Shown here in pieces: positions 7,148 through 16,094 of a stretch of 31,222 bases of DNA. Position 1 is the stretch's first letter; each line of letters opens with the position of its first letter. The stretch is from a virus (Duplodnaviria > Caudoviricetes). The stretch is from the IMG/VR virus record IMGVR_UViG_3300030376_002532, positions 1 to 31,222 of that record. One strand, written 5' to 3'. The translations under genes were made by a program, and so were the position numbers. The notes below the pieces were generated by a model. That model was given only the letters and a program-made list of their open reading frames with translations. It was not told the DNA's origin and did no database searches.

Positions 7148-7386
7148 TCAGGCATAGGTTCTGACCAAGCATCAGTTTGCATCAATTCAAGTGCCTGTTC
7201 GTGATTCATTACACTACCTACAATAGGTAAACTTGAATTTGTAATAAATGACGGTTCTGTAATCCACGAAATTAAACCCTCTGTGTTTGCTAGGTTTCTT
7301 CTCATTGTTTGAGCTGATGATTGATTAACCTGTGAAAAGATTACTTTATCTGTATTCTCTAAATTAATTACTGCGTATTGTCTCAT
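7144..7386 (-). CDS. Hypothetical protein following the LamG tail proteins
   Basis: 80-aa ORF directly downstream of the LamG gene. Confidence 0.7.
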   Translation of the reverse strand: MRQYAVINLENTDKVIFSQVNQSSAQTMRRNLANTEGLISWITEPSFITNSSLPIVGSVMNHEQALELMQTDAWSEPMPE

Positions 7387-7406
7387 TTTTTTATTTTTTA
7401 ATATTT

Positions 7407-9632
7407 TTAACTAGGTACTGAAGTTGATTTTGCGTCTGCTCCCATACCGTAACTAACTGCATTTGCTGTACTGTAAGGTGCATCTCCTATAATATTATCA
7501 GCTCCTCCCATACCATCACTTAATCCATTTGCTGATGTACCAACTCCATTAACTATCGAATCTTCTGCTGGTGCTAAATTTGCTCCTGTTCCATTATTAG
7601 TTCCTTTCTCATCTAATACAGTCCACACATTAGAATCATAACTCATATTTTCTCCTAACTGCCACCAGCCAACTAAGTTTGAATAAGCACTATGATTATT
7701 TAGATTTGAGGGTTTACCTTGATTATAGATTTCTGTGACTTGTGTAGATGTTAAAGCTGCGTTCCATATAGAAACATTTGAAAGTTCTCCATTTATGGTG
7801 GTTGCACTACTAAACCATCCACCTATAATAACTTTTTTACTTGTTAAATCTAAAGTTTGACCTGATAATGTAAAAGAATGTACGGGAACACCGTCAAAAT
7901 ACACATTACAGTTTCCATTACCATTAAAAACACAAACAACATTAGTCCAACTATCTAGTGGAAATCCTGTTATATTGTTGTTTCCAAATGAGCCCCTAAA
8001 TCTCATTGTGGTGTTAGTATGCATATAAACGGTAAATTCACCAACCGTAGAACTAAAATCTCCAAATGTAAAGAAACCTTTACTCGAGTTACCTGTTGGA
8101 ATTTTAGCCCAAAATGAAACAGATAATTGAGACGTAGTTCCTAATGCATTTCCTAAACCTGTTCCACAATCTATATAATCACTACTTGCAGAATCAAAAT
8201 TTAAAGCGTACCTAGAATAAGGAGTAGTAATATTAAGATTAGATTGAACTAAGTTAGCAGCAGTCATACCGCTAGATGTTCCTGTATTTGAATTAGAACT
8301 ATCATCAGGAATTGACCAAGTGGTTGTTGATGAATCAAAAGTAGCAGAAGCATCTAGTTTCCACCAAGCTTGTAAAGAAGTAAAGCCACTCATATCGCTT
8401 AATGGTGTTCCATTATTGTAAAGCGTTTCTACAGAATTAGAACCTATTGCAGATAAAGCTGTGTTAAATATTTGAACATTTGAAAATAAAACATCAGTCG
8501 CTCCAGATAAATTATTACTACCTAATTTAATATTTTCAAAATTTAAATCTAAACTTGTGTCTGTACTATATCCACTTCCAAACCTATATGTAATAGCTTG
8601 TGATTGACCATCTATATATATAAATTTAGTTGAACCATCATAAACATAAGTCATATTATGCCATTCTCCGTCTTGGTAAGTAGTTACGCCTGTAGTTAAA
8701 GCAATGTGCTGCTTAACTCCTGTATAATTAGCAAACCAAGATAACCCAATATTTGCAACAAAAGAAGTTGCAGCTCCAATAGACATTGCAGAACTTGTAT
8801 TGCTTCCATAAAATAATCCCTGATACCCACTAGCAGTATCTGCTTTAAACCATATTGAAATTGTTTTAGGACCAGCAGGCGTTGAAAAAGAAGTATCAAT
8901 ATATTCATTGTAATCTCCTTTAAACACATAATCCTGTAGAGCTCCGTTAGGCACTAAATACTCTGAGCCGTTAAAAGCTGCATAGTCTCCTATTGGATAG
9001 TAAGCAACAGGTTTTCTACCTCCACTTATTGCCATTGGATTGCCTACACCATTAGTAGAGTTACCATATAATTCAGCTATTTGATTTACAGTTCCTCCTG
9101 TTCCATCTGTAAGAGCATAGTCAAAGATTGCTACGTGGTCTATTTTGCCATCAAAATAATTATTATTATATGCTCCTATATGAGTAGATGATGAAGCTCC
9201 ATAGGTAAGTGAATTTGTTTCAGGCTGACTATAAGGTGAGCTATTATTTATGTATAATTTTAAATTTTGCTTATCATAAGTTGCTACTACGTGAATCCAG
9301 TTATTTGTCGTTATTGTAAAACCAGCAGCTTGAACAAATTGCCAAGTAGAACCATAGCGAATATAAAAATAAAAATTATTGCTAATAACAGTTAATAAAT
9401 AACAACCAGTGTTTCCATTTCCATTTCCTGTAAATAATATTGCTCCATAACTTATTATATTTTTAAAGTTTACCCACGCACTAATACTTACAGCATTTAC
9501 TGGTTGTAAAATAACATCATTTCCACAGTCTATAAGTTCAGTCCCATCAAACTCCATAGAATAGTTTGACACTTTGCTACTGTTTGAGCTTTTAGGCATA
9601 CGCCAATTTCTATTGTAAAATTCTGTACTCAT
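7407..9632 (-). CDS. Multi-LamG (concanavalin A-like) tail / receptor-binding protein
   Basis: About three repeats of the pattern S(I/V)S(A/I/F)W...W(I/H/T)(H/N)..(T/V)(Y/F)...V.I(F/W)..AL; Gly/Ser/Asn-rich. Confidence 0.85.
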   Translation of the reverse strand: MSTEFYNRNWRMPKSSNSSKVSNYSMEFDGTELIDCGNDVILQPVNAVSISAWVNFKNIISYGAILFTGNGNGNTGCYLLTVISNNFYFYIRYGSTWQFVQAAGFTITTNNWIHVVATYDKQNLKLYINNSSPYSQPETNSLTYGASSSTHIGAYNNNYFDGKIDHVAIFDYALTDGTGGTVNQIAELYGNSTNGVGNPMAISGGRKPVAYYPIGDYAAFNGSEYLVPNGALQDYVFKGDYNEYIDTSFSTPAGPKTISIWFKADTASGYQGLFYGSNTSSAMSIGAATSFVANIGLSWFANYTGVKQHIALTTGVTTYQDGEWHNMTYVYDGSTKFIYIDGQSQAITYRFGSGYSTDTSLDLNFENIKLGSNNLSGATDVLFSNVQIFNTALSAIGSNSVETLYNNGTPLSDMSGFTSLQAWWKLDASATFDSSTTTWSIPDDSSNSNTGTSSGMTAANLVQSNLNITTPYSRYALNFDSASSDYIDCGTGLGNALGTTSQLSVSFWAKIPTGNSSKGFFTFGDFSSTVGEFTVYMHTNTTMRFRGSFGNNNITGFPLDSWTNVVCVFNGNGNCNVYFDGVPVHSFTLSGQTLDLTSKKVIIGGWFSSATTINGELSNVSIWNAALTSTQVTEIYNQGKPSNLNNHSAYSNLVGWWQLGENMSYDSNVWTVLDEKGTNNGTGANLAPAEDSIVNGVGTSANGLSDGMGGADNIIGDAPYSTANAVSYGMGADAKSTSVPS

Positions 9633-10625
9633 TTACTCTCCCATTTTATACCAAGCTACTAGGTTACTAGAACTTGCATTAGTTAAACTTGTTAATGAAT
9701 TTGGTTTACCTGAACCACTAGGCTGCTCGTTAAATATCTCTGTAACTGCATCACTGCTTAAAGCCGAATCCCATAGTGATACTTCATCTATGTTTCCTGC
9801 AAAATAATAACCTGTGAAACCATATTGAGCTTTAGCTATATTGAAATTTGTAGAAGCATATGCAGCTGGGCTTGCTGTTCCTGTTGCTACTGATGTATTA
9901 TCTATAAAAATTGCAGTATTAGTACCATCATAAGTAAAACAAAAATGATGCCAGTCACCAGCAACTATTGCTGGAATAGTACTGCCACTTGATAAGTCAT
10001 ATTGTGTAAGAGTATTATTAACGTAAAAATATAATTTTGCATTAAACATAAGAACTCTAAAGCCATTATTTCCAGCTGTATTAGAGTTACCTAAAATTCC
10101 ATCTATACCGTAAAATGGGCCAGGTGTATTATCATAATTTATCCATAAAGAAATACTAAATGCAGAAGTTAACTGTAAGTCAGTAGGATTACCTAAATCA
10201 AAATAGTCGTTTAGTCCATCAAAGCTAAATGACCTAGTAGATTGATAAGGTACTGCTGTTACGCCTACTGTTTGTCCGCTTTGCACTCCATCAACAGTAT
10301 ATGTAATAATATGACTATCAATAGTAGAAGCAGATAAATCTATTTGACCTGTTGAACTATTGAAAGTTCCTGTATCTACAAAGACTAAACCAGCAGAAGC
10401 ATTAAAAGAACCTCCAGCAGTTCCTGTGATAGTTGGAGTAGGGTCTGCTTCTCCTTGATTATAAGAACTAGCTGAATAACTAAAAGCAGCACTTGTTCCT
10501 ACTATTGCTGTTTCTCCAGCGTAGCTTTCAGCATATATAGAAGCAGCACCAATAGTGTTTTGATATTTACCAAAACCGTTATCATTGTTCTGCGTTGCCT
10601 TACCCCATCCTATTGTGTTTGCCAT
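9633..10625 (-). CDS. LamG-domain virion protein
   Basis: SFSFDGLNDY...FSISLW...WHHFCFTYDG...GNIDEVSLWDSALS...LVAWYKMGE. Confidence 0.85.
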   Translation of the reverse strand: MANTIGWGKATQNNDNGFGKYQNTIGAASIYAESYAGETAIVGTSAAFSYSASSYNQGEADPTPTITGTAGGSFNASAGLVFVDTGTFNSSTGQIDLSASTIDSHIITYTVDGVQSGQTVGVTAVPYQSTRSFSFDGLNDYFDLGNPTDLQLTSAFSISLWINYDNTPGPFYGIDGILGNSNTAGNNGFRVLMFNAKLYFYVNNTLTQYDLSSGSTIPAIVAGDWHHFCFTYDGTNTAIFIDNTSVATGTASPAAYASTNFNIAKAQYGFTGYYFAGNIDEVSLWDSALSSDAVTEIFNEQPSGSGKPNSLTSLTNASSSNLVAWYKMGE

Positions 10626-10629
10626 AATC

Positions 10630-11142
10630 TTAAGTTAAAACCCATCCGCCAAAATCATCTGAATAATCAGGGCTAATGTCATCATTACTATTTGTAAAAT
10701 ATTCAGGAAACATGCTACTTGCATTAAAATTTAAGAAGTCAATCATTCTTGTGGAATAATACTGAGCAGCATCCCTTTCTTTTTCTACCATTTTATCAAT
10801 TTCTTCTCCTGTTAGTGCTGTTGCATTTTCAGGATTGTTTCTGTAAACACCACCGTTTCCAATTGTAACACTTAAATAAGGTAAAGCATACATCATTGCA
10901 TAATGAATTAAAGTTGGTTTGATGTATTCTGAAACCAAAGTCAAGTAATTGCCTGTTAGTGTTTGTGGATTTGCAGCTATGTCAGCAGATATTTTATCAT
11001 AAAGTTTAGTCCCTAATAACCTTTCAATGTCTATTTTTTGGGCCATGTCTATGTAAGGCAGCAGTTTATCAGTGTCAATATTTCCATTGGCTGCTGTGAA
11101 CCTTGTAATATCTTTTCTTTGTATGAATAATGCTTTAGCCAT
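10630..11142 (-). CDS. Putative head-tail adaptor
   Basis: AQKIDIERLLGTKLYDKI...YIKPTLIHYAM helical pattern; lies downstream of the portal. Confidence 0.6.
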   Translation of the reverse strand: MAKALFIQRKDITRFTAANGNIDTDKLLPYIDMAQKIDIERLLGTKLYDKISADIAANPQTLTGNYLTLVSEYIKPTLIHYAMMYALPYLSVTIGNGGVYRNNPENATALTGEEIDKMVEKERDAAQYYSTRMIDFLNFNASSMFPEYFTNSNDDISPDYSDDFGGWVLT

Positions 11143-11143
11143 T

Positions 11144-11533
11144 TTATATTTTAAATTTTCTTAATTTACTTTCTGCTGTTTGAAATTTTATTTGATAATC
11201 TTCAATTTCTTGTGCTGCTTTTGTTAAATTTTTACCAGCAGTAGTTTTTCTTATATCAACACCTAATTCTTTACCTATTTTATCAATTCTTGCAAACATC
11301 TTATCAACTTCTCCACTTAATTTGTTTAATTTTTTTAAACCATCATTCATTTTAAATGCTCCACTTAAAATATCATCTGCTGCATCTTTTTTAGAATTAT
11401 TGTAAATTTTTTCAGCTTTTATCATAAAATCTCTAGCTTCTTTTTCAGCATTTAACTCTATTCTTTCTGCACTTAACTCTACACTCTCATTATGTAGGTT
11501 TAACTTTTTATATATTCTTTCTTGTGTTGTCAT
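11144..11533 (-). CDS. Putative internal head (cargo) protein 3, paralog family
   Basis: MTTQERIYKKLN leader, VELS/IELN, KELGVD motif; helical. Confidence 0.7.
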   Translation of the reverse strand: MTTQERIYKKLNLHNESVELSAERIELNAEKEARDFMIKAEKIYNNSKKDAADDILSGAFKMNDGLKKLNKLSGEVDKMFARIDKIGKELGVDIRKTTAGKNLTKAAQEIEDYQIKFQTAESKLRKFKI

Positions 11534-12259
11534 TATTTAAATTGTTTTTATAAATTGTTTTATATTTTTTAAAACAGGTTTATATTCTTTTGCATCTTTT
11601 ACAGCAATTTTTGCATCTTTTAATTCTTCTACTCTATTCTCATCAACACCTAATTCTTTTGTTATTTTCTGTACTTTAGAAATTAGTGCTTCCATTTTAT
11701 TAGCTGCTTTTAATGCTTCTTCTATTTTAGTTTCTGCACTTTTTGCTTCACTTAATAAACCTTTAATTTTAGAATTAGCAGTATCAGTATTCCTATAATA
11801 AAGTGTATTTAATTTTTTTAAATCATCAACAACACTTAACTCTACTCTATGCGCTTCCAATTCTACCTTGTTAATGCTGTTCAGTTTGCTATATATTCTT
11901 TCTTGTGTTGTCATTATAATTTATTTTTAATATATTCCACTTAATATTTTATCAATAGACTTAATGTTTTCATTAACTTGAGATTCAAATTTTTCAATCT
12001 GTTTCAAAGCATTTGAAGCACCTAATTCTTTTGCAATTTTTTTAGATTTTGCAATTTTTTTAAATAAACTTTTATTAAGTTTTAATGAGTTTTCAAGTGG
12101 TTTTTTAGCTGCTTCTATCATGTCAATTCCTCTAATTGCTCCTTTATTGGCTGCTGCCATTTCTTTTTTTATGTCATCAATTGCACCTAATTCAATCTTA
12201 TGAGCTTCCAATTCTACCTTGTTAATGCTGTTCAGTTTGCTATATATTCTTTCTTGTGT
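11509..12259. repeat. Direct repeats at the 5' ends of the three paralogs
   Basis: 56 nt identical at 11853-11908 and 12204-12259; 28 nt identical at 11509-11536 and 11890-11917. Confidence 0.9.
11537..11914 (-). CDS. Putative internal head (cargo) protein 2, paralog family
   Basis: MTTQERIYSKLN leader, VELE/VELS, KELGVD motif. Confidence 0.7.
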   Translation of the reverse strand: MTTQERIYSKLNSINKVELEAHRVELSVVDDLKKLNTLYYRNTDTANSKIKGLLSEAKSAETKIEEALKAANKMEALISKVQKITKELGVDENRVEELKDAKIAVKDAKEYKPVLKNIKQFIKTI

Positions 12260-12265
12260 ATTCAT
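11927..12265 (-). CDS. Putative internal head (cargo) protein 1, paralog family
   Basis: MNTQERIYSKLN leader, VELE/IELG, KELGA motif. Confidence 0.7.
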   Translation of the reverse strand: MNTQERIYSKLNSINKVELEAHKIELGAIDDIKKEMAAANKGAIRGIDMIEAAKKPLENSLKLNKSLFKKIAKSKKIAKELGASNALKQIEKFESQVNENIKSIDKILSGIY

Positions 12266-12269
12266 ATCT

Positions 12270-14087
12270 TTATTTTGTTGGATAAGCTCCTTGTTTTGGC
12301 ATATTAACAGGTGCTTTACTTGCTTTTTTATGTCCTCTTGGCTTTGCTCTATAACTTTTAGGAATATCCTTTACTATATCATAATCGCCTAATTTCTTAC
12401 TACCTTTTTTGCCATCTAAAGCAGCATCAATCTTCATTTTATATAAAACCTCTTTCCATTTGTGTCTACAATAAACACCGCCTTTAAGCTCAAATAAATT
12501 GTATTTTTGACCATTGTGCATAGGTAGTTTAGCTGCTGCAAAATTCATATCACTGCTAGCTTTGTCAATGTCTTCAATTCTATAAACAACCCCTCTCTTA
12601 CTTCTAGCCATCATTGCTTCACAAAACGGCCTTGATTTATTGCCTTTCTTTTTTGGTTTTTTAGAACCTTCTGCATACTTATATCTTACTTTGTAATAAG
12701 ATTTATCTAAATAAGAAAAGCCCTCAGGATTGTTTTTTAGTGGTGTGTCACTTTTAACAGATTCAGCAAAATTTACTTCTAAAACACTACCAGCCCAGCT
12801 TTCAAGACTTTCATTTTCATTGTCTACATCTCTTTCATCTGCAACCTCCCATTCTTCACTCATTACTTCTCCATGTAAACCATCTAAAACAGCATTGAAA
12901 ACATCATCAGGTAAATCAGATTTATTTGCCATCATTTCAATTTCACTATATAAAGCATCTTCTTGCTTAACTCCTGTTTCTTCTTCTATTACTTCTTCAT
13001 TAGTAACCTCAATATCCATAAACTCTAAAGGGTCAAGTGTCTTAAAGTATAGATTTAGTGAAATATCATTTACTGCCAAAACCTCATCTAAACAGTCTAT
13101 TATTAAATCTTGATAAGGTCTTATAGTAGTGTTTGAAAACAGTCTTTGTGCGTTTTCTATTTCTTCTGAATTTGAACCAAGACCACTATTTCCATCTCTT
13201 AATCCTAGTAATAATGGACTTGTAACTCTGTGAGATAGTAAAATCTTTTTAGAACATTCTTCACTTAGGTACTGATAGTGTTGAGGTGCATCATTTAATG
13301 GTATATCTTCAACAGTTGTCTTTTGTTCTGCATTGTGATTAAAAGCAATAATACACTTTTCGCCAAATGAACCTGTTAGCTTGTTCATCACTTGGCTTTT
13401 AATCTGTTGCATTTTTTCTTCTGATGGAATACCTGAGTTAAAATTTATAACCTTAGTCCCCGAAAAAGAGTTTTGAGCATCATTGATTAAGTAGTCTGCA
13501 ATCTCCTTCTCCAAAGTAGCATAAGAAGTAGAATAATCTGCTGGGCTTATGTAATGATAACCAGTAACATATCTTTTAATAATCTTTACTTCATTGCCTG
13601 TTCCTTTACTACCAAAAACAGGTATTTTAGTTAGTTCAGTGTTGTTTCTAACTTTTGACCAATCAGCACTATAATAATAGGCTTCTATATCGCCGTTTTC
13701 GTTGCATTTCTCAGGTCTTAACGTTTCCCTTGGAAAATGTGTAACCTTGTGTACTTTTTTGCCCTTATAACTAATCTGTAGAGCCGCTTCGCCCAACATC
13801 TTTAAATCCAAACTGATTTTCCTTAACACATCAGGTTTAAGAAGCTTTTTCATTTCTGCAAACTGCTCAGGTTTTTGAGCTGCATCTGTTGCTTCTAATC
13901 CTCTACCATAAATCTGTTGAGCAATACCTGTAATCACTGCTTGATTAGTAGTAGAATCCATAAAACAGTCAATAAGACCTTGATAATAAGCGTTATCTTC
14001 TCCTACTCCAACCCAATCGCGATTAGTTTCTTCTGTTACTAATGGCCTTTCATATTGGCTTAATTCTATAAAGTGCAAGTTGTTCAT
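12270..14087 (-). CDS. Portal protein with C-terminal MuF-like extension
   Basis: Portal-like N-terminal about 350 aa (KILLSHRVTSPLLLG, TIRPYQDLI), acidic linker, then SRPFCEAM...KGGVYCRHKW. Confidence 0.8.
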   Translation of the reverse strand: MNNLHFIELSQYERPLVTEETNRDWVGVGEDNAYYQGLIDCFMDSTTNQAVITGIAQQIYGRGLEATDAAQKPEQFAEMKKLLKPDVLRKISLDLKMLGEAALQISYKGKKVHKVTHFPRETLRPEKCNENGDIEAYYYSADWSKVRNNTELTKIPVFGSKGTGNEVKIIKRYVTGYHYISPADYSTSYATLEKEIADYLINDAQNSFSGTKVINFNSGIPSEEKMQQIKSQVMNKLTGSFGEKCIIAFNHNAEQKTTVEDIPLNDAPQHYQYLSEECSKKILLSHRVTSPLLLGLRDGNSGLGSNSEEIENAQRLFSNTTIRPYQDLIIDCLDEVLAVNDISLNLYFKTLDPLEFMDIEVTNEEVIEEETGVKQEDALYSEIEMMANKSDLPDDVFNAVLDGLHGEVMSEEWEVADERDVDNENESLESWAGSVLEVNFAESVKSDTPLKNNPEGFSYLDKSYYKVRYKYAEGSKKPKKKGNKSRPFCEAMMARSKRGVVYRIEDIDKASSDMNFAAAKLPMHNGQKYNLFELKGGVYCRHKWKEVLYKMKIDAALDGKKGSKKLGDYDIVKDIPKSYRAKPRGHKKASKAPVNMPKQGAYPTK

Positions 14088-14443
14088 CCTTCGTAGTATA
14101 TAAATTCGTTAGCTGTTGGAATTTCAGGTGCTTGAGTATAAACTCCGCTTGTCATTTGGTATGCGTTTGCAGTTTGATCTGTACAGAAAATTTTATCTCT
14201 AAATATTAAAACATCATCTGTTGCATTTTTAACTTCTACTCTATAAAAAGAACCTTCATCAAGTGTAATGTCAGCAGCAAAAGTGTTATAAAAGCTAGTA
14301 GTGCCTATTGTTGCTATTGAAGAAGAAAGAACATTCTTATTTTTGTCTTCTGAGTAAATGAAAATAGAATAAGTCTTGCTATCATCTATATTTTCACGTG
14401 GAATAAAATTTATTGTGCCTCCTGTTGTACTTAGTATTTGCAT
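14084..14443 (-). CDS. Hypothetical structural protein
   Basis: Likely start ATG 14443 (MQILSTTGG); the ORF-track extension runs through a terminator. Confidence 0.65.
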   Translation of the reverse strand: MQILSTTGGTINFIPRENIDDSKTYSIFIYSEDKNKNVLSSSIATIGTTSFYNTFAADITLDEGSFYRVEVKNATDDVLIFRDKIFCTDQTANAYQMTSGVYTQAPEIPTANEFIYYEG

Positions 14444-14455
14444 ATTTAATTTTTT

Positions 14456-14492
14456 AAAAAAAAAGGTGGATAAAATTTTACACTCATCCACC
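14456..14492 (-). terminator. Rho-independent terminator after the major tail gene
   Basis: GGTGGAT/ATCCACC stem (14465-14492) followed on the minus strand by 9 T; second hairpin GTACTAT/ATAGTAC at 14507-14532. Confidence 0.75.
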
Positions 14493-14547
14493 CTTTTCAC
14501 ACCCATGTACTATACCCCTTAACACATAGTACTTTTTAACCTAGTTT

Positions 14548-15099
14548 TTAGCTGTTAGTTCCTACTACAACTGTACAAGTAGCTGATGAGCATCCAGCAA
14601 ATGGATTTGCTCTAGTTGCACTTGCAATGAAGTTAGCTGGCAATACTTCTTGACCTGTTAAAGTAAGTCCTGATGTACCGCTCATATCTCCCATTGCTGC
14701 ACCTGTTGTTATAGTACCTCCTGAAACTGATAAACCGTTTTCTTTTCCAGCTAAAAAGAAGTTTCCGTTGTTGTCTTCAATAACTGCGTGAGGTCTACCA
14801 TAAGAAAGAAGTTTTAACTGTACTAAATCTTCTTTAGTTAGCTTTTGTAGGTTTAATGTTAAAGTTTGTTCAAAAAATGTTGTTCCGTTGTCAGGTTCGC
14901 TTGTAATAGCTTGTTCAAGTGAATTTGCTCCTTTTACTAAATATTTGTATGCTGAAAATGTTCCTGAAACATCAGTTACTTCATCTGCTGTTAAAGTAAT
15001 ATCTCCCAAATCTCCATAATCTACAAAGTAAACCGCAAATATACCACCTGTTACATCTTTACAAGGTACGTTCCTTCCTGCTGATAAATCACATGCCAT
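14548..15099 (-). CDS. Putative major tail (tube) protein
   Basis: MACDLSAGRNVPCKDVTGGI...NGTTFFEQTLTL...DNNGNFFLAG; beta-rich, directly after the capsid gene. Confidence 0.65.
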   Translation of the reverse strand: MACDLSAGRNVPCKDVTGGIFAVYFVDYGDLGDITLTADEVTDVSGTFSAYKYLVKGANSLEQAITSEPDNGTTFFEQTLTLNLQKLTKEDLVQLKLLSYGRPHAVIEDNNGNFFLAGKENGLSVSGGTITTGAAMGDMSGTSGLTLTGQEVLPANFIASATRANPFAGCSSATCTVVVGTNS

Positions 15100-15117
15100 A
15101 ATTTTATAGTTTAAATA

Positions 15118-15137
15118 GAGGGGTATTACAACCCCTC
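15118..15137 (-). terminator. Hairpin between capsid and tail-tube genes
   Basis: GAGGGGT/ACCCCTC 7-bp stem, weak U-tract. Confidence 0.55.
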
Positions 15138-15153
15138 ATTATTAGTTAATTTC

Positions 15154-16083
15154 TTAAGCGTGGTAAAGAACGATTTCAGAACCAATTCCATACTGAACAC
15201 CTGCTGTATATCTCATGATCACTCTGAAATTTTGAGAACCATTAAGATTAGCCATGTCTATAATCTTAGCTTCGTTATAGTCGCTTAAAAGACCTGTTCC
15301 AAAGTATAAGTTTGATTTCTGAGCTGCCATTGCAGTGTCATCATTTAATCCATTTGCAATAAATAACTTAACACCATCAAATAGTAAGTTATCTCCTAAA
15401 TCTTGGTTTGTACCTCTACCTTCATAACCATTAGAACCAACACTTGCAAATCCACCTAAAGCTCTAACGTAAGCTCTAGCAATGTTTTGTGAAACATAAA
15501 TGTGTAAATCTTCTTTACCGTAAAGAGCAGAAGGAATTGCATCTACAATAGAACCTAGTTTGTCAATAACGTTTGAAGAAGTTACAGCAGCGTGAGAAGC
15601 TACATCAATAACATCTGAATCTGCTAATGCTAATGGAACTAATCCATCAAATTGTCCAGCAGAAGCATTTGCGCCTTCCCATATGTTTGTTTCAGTGCTT
15701 TCTGCTACTAATCCAGCAACATGTCCTAGTATATAGCTAGAAAAGTCTTTTGGTGGATTGTTATAAGCTGAAAAGCCCATTGAAATCGCTTCCCATGAGT
15801 TTACAAAATCTTTTGTACAAAATTCCATATTCACTTGGAACTCCTCAGGTTGTAAGATTCTTTCAGTCATTGTAACTGTTCCTGTTGCATCAAAACCACA
15901 GGTCGCATCCTTAATTACGTTAGCATCAGTTGCTAATTTTTTGATTACTTCTTTAAATTTTACATTTTGCTTTACAGTAATACCACCTTTTGCTATTGTG
16001 TTACCCTCTAAAAGAGCAGCAGCAATATATCCAGCAGCATCTTGTCCAGCGTATGTACTTGTTAAGCTTGTTGTTGTTGCCAT
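15154..16083 (-). CDS. Major capsid protein
   Basis: 309 aa, follows protease and scaffold; NIWEG...FDGL motif and HK97-fold-like size. Confidence 0.85.
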   Translation of the reverse strand: MATTTSLTSTYAGQDAAGYIAAALLEGNTIAKGGITVKQNVKFKEVIKKLATDANVIKDATCGFDATGTVTMTERILQPEEFQVNMEFCTKDFVNSWEAISMGFSAYNNPPKDFSSYILGHVAGLVAESTETNIWEGANASAGQFDGLVPLALADSDVIDVASHAAVTSSNVIDKLGSIVDAIPSALYGKEDLHIYVSQNIARAYVRALGGFASVGSNGYEGRGTNQDLGDNLLFDGVKLFIANGLNDDTAMAAQKSNLYFGTGLLSDYNEAKIIDMANLNGSQNFRVIMRYTAGVQYGIGSEIVLYHA

Positions 16084-16094
16084 TTTATTTGTTT

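Noticed and set aside
11509-12259. Repeats as a CRISPR array or integron attC sites
   Set aside because: The repeats are coding leaders about 350-380 bp apart and not palindromic; no cas genes are present.
14444-14506. N-terminal extension or slippery T-run in ORF 14084..14506
   Set aside because: The T-run is the U-tract of a terminator hairpin; ATG 14443 is the better start.
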